From positions 32,985 to 96,984 of the forward strand of contig JBHPFU010000002.1 in NCBI GenBank assembly GCA_042571125.1: a stretch of DNA of 64,000 nucleotides, given 5' to 3'. This DNA comes from Nanobdellota archaeon. GTDB taxonomy: Archaea; Nanobdellota; Nanobdellia; Woesearchaeales; UBA10107. Positions 62,607 to 64,000 of this stretch are shown piece by piece. The translations under genes were made by a program, and so were the position numbers. Each line of letters begins with the position of its first letter. Within the stretch, counting starts at the first letter, position 1. The notes under the pieces were generated by a model that saw nothing but the letters and a program-made list of their open reading frames with translations, was not told where the DNA came from and ran no database searches.

Positions 62607-62784
62607 TTTCAATAAATTTCTCAAAGCTTCTATCATATGTTTTTTCTATGTCATCTGGAAAGCAGCATGCAGGCAGTTCTTTTCTTGCTAAGTGATACTG
62701 CAGGCATTCACAGCAAACCCCTTTTTTATCACAAGGATAAGAACAATTACACTTCTTAAGATTTTGATCTTTTCTGCATTCCAT
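62593..62784 (-). CDS. small cysteine-rich protein (possibly the DUF6485-like family)
   Basis: 63 aa with 9 Cys: CRK...[20 protein letters not shown]...LPACCF. Its stop overlaps the NSUN gene by 14 nt (convergent). Confidence 0.5.
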   Translation of the reverse strand: MECRKDQNLKKCNCSYPCDKKGVCCECLQYHLARKELPACCFPDDIEKTYDRSFEKFIEINSS

Positions 62785-62785
62785 C

Positions 62786-64000
62786 TTATAATATAACCAC
62801 GGGAGCTAATTCATTAAGCTTTACTCTCAAATCTTTAACAGACTGTTCAATCCCCATCTCCTCAACTGAAGAACTGATCTTTTCAATATCTGATTCAATC
62901 TTAATTATCTGCTCTTGACTATGCTTTAACTTATAATTAATATCATTTATCTCGGAGGTAACCGTATTTGAATTCAATCTTTTACTTACTTCTGTTAATT
63001 TATCTTTAAGAGAATCATATTTCCATAAAAAATCCTTAAGCATTACCTCGTTAATCCTTGTTATTGTGGATGATGTTCTTTCTTTCTTCTTCTCATCAAG
63101 CTCTAATTCGTTTATTTTGTAAGAGATATTTTTTAAAACATTTAAAATCTTAAATGATCTATCGTTATCCAGCGCTTCTACAGGAGAAATCAGATAATCC
63201 TGCACAATATCCTGATCAGAATCAAATGCTACTTTCTGATATTTCTTTAAGGCCTTTTCAACCTGTGAGAATATTAAAAGAAAATTCTCTTTATGTCTTC
63301 TCATCTCTGTTTCAGTACTTATCTTTGTGCTTTGAGCATTGCTGTGAGATTCAAATCTTGAACTTGTTTCCAGATTGTCAAGATCTGTCTCTAATTTTTC
63401 TTTTTGACCTTTTGCTTCCTTAAGTTTTGTCTCTTGAAGTTCGATCTGTTCTTTTAGTCTTTTCTTTTCTTCAAATTTCTTGTTGATATTATTAATTGAC
63501 TCGCGAATATTGTTAATATACCTAAAGCCATTGTCTTGCTCAACAAGATTTGTTATTTCTTTCCCAAGCTCATCAATTTTTTTAATTCCTAATGCAACCT
63601 CTTTTGATTCATTTGCAAAAAACTCCTGCATTATGTAATACTGTTTTACTGTTGCTTTGTTTAGCTCTGTTGTTAGCTTAACAAGTTTATCTGTAAAGCT
63701 TAATAAGTTTGGGAGATTCTTTTTTTCTGGAACCTCTACTTGTTTTAGAAAATCACTAACCTTTCTTATGTAAGATTCTCTGTTTCCTTCCATTAATTGT
63801 GATGCTCTCAAAGGTATGTTTGAGTTTTTTAGCTCTGCTTTTTGTAAAACACTTAAGCTTGTCTGAAGTTTTCTTGATTCGTCATTTATTGAACTTAATA
63901 TGGAATCAAGATTTTCGTATAAATCTAGCTTTTCTCGTATCTTATTTTCAAACCAATCATCAATATCAGAAAAGGCTACTTCATCCTCTGTTTCATTCTT
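62786..64000 (-). CDS. long coiled-coil protein, N-terminus outside the window
   Basis: The track starts at TTG 63811, but the same frame stays open to position 64000 (…[37 protein letters not shown]…[22 protein letters not shown]…). The sequence is heptad-rich throughout. Confidence 0.5.
   Translation of the reverse strand, partial: KNETEDEVAFSDIDDWFENKIREKLDLYENLDSILSSINDESRKLQTSLSVLQKAELKNSNIPLRASQLMEGNRESYIRKVSDFLKQVEVPEKKNLPNLLSFTDKLVKLTTELNKATVKQYYIMQEFFANESKEVALGIKKIDELGKEITNLVEQDNGFRYINNIRESINNINKKFEEKKRLKEQIELQETKLKEAKGQKEKLETDLDNLETSSRFESHSNAQSTKISTETEMRRHKENFLLIFSQVEKALKKYQKVAFDSDQDIVQDYLISPVEALDNDRSFKILNVLKNISYKINELELDEKKKERTSSTITRINEVMLKDFLWKYDSLKDKLTEVSKRLNSNTVTSEINDINYKLKHSQEQIIKIESDIEKISSSVEEMGIEQSVKDLRVKLNELAPVVIL

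Noticed and set aside
1-64000. CRISPR arrays, rRNA genes, IS elements, integrases and inteins.
   Set aside because: I saw no regularly spaced direct repeats, no rRNA-like GC-rich structured stretches, no transposase or integrase motifs, and no length anomalies in EF-2, thermosome, FtsZ or the ATPases that would suggest inteins. Detecting repeats by eye is limited, so a computational self-comparison is still advisable.

Overview
This is an AT-rich, gene-dense archaeal chromosome segment. It holds about 90 protein genes and 6 tRNAs. I saw no rRNA, no CRISPR array and no recognisable transposase or integrase. The archaeal origin follows from the gene content: thermosome, histone, EF-2/EF-1alpha/S10, L7Ae-S28e-L24e-Ndk, L1-P0-P1, FtsZ-SecE-Spt5-L11, PIN-RpoE'-Spt4-S24e-S27ae, RpoL, a class-I CCA enzyme, Elp3, a beta-CASP nuclease and a prepilin peptidase. 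TTTATAAA-type TATA boxes sit about 20-30 nt upstream of many first-gene ATGs, which implies leaderless mRNAs. Internal genes use GGAGG-like Shine-Dalgarno (SD) sites and short overlaps. The patchy metabolism and many orphan genes suggest a small-genome (DPANN-like) archaeon, but that is inference only. I cannot demonstrate a clear new multi-gene system. The observations most worth follow-up are: (1) a tRNA-Ala(GGC) with a 13-nt non-canonical intron in the T loop (59/60) that forms a relaxed bulge-helix-bulge; (2) an LpxC-fold deacetylase homologue in an archaeon; (3) a GC-richer island at 1.5-5.8 kb carrying four HTH proteins, a mini SNase-like nuclease and a TPR protein; (4) a 624-aa orphan protein whose 3' end overlaps elp3; (5) a cis-prenyltransferase paralogue lacking the catalytic residues; (6) an HD-GYP protein; (7) a K-turn-like element in the L7Ae leader; (8) a 29-nt identical cassette shared by the low-complexity tails of P0 and S24e, with P0 lacking the conserved stalk C-terminus; (9) an overlapping ABC-CYTH-HAD-HIT operon. 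All function calls rest on motifs read by eye. No database search was run.
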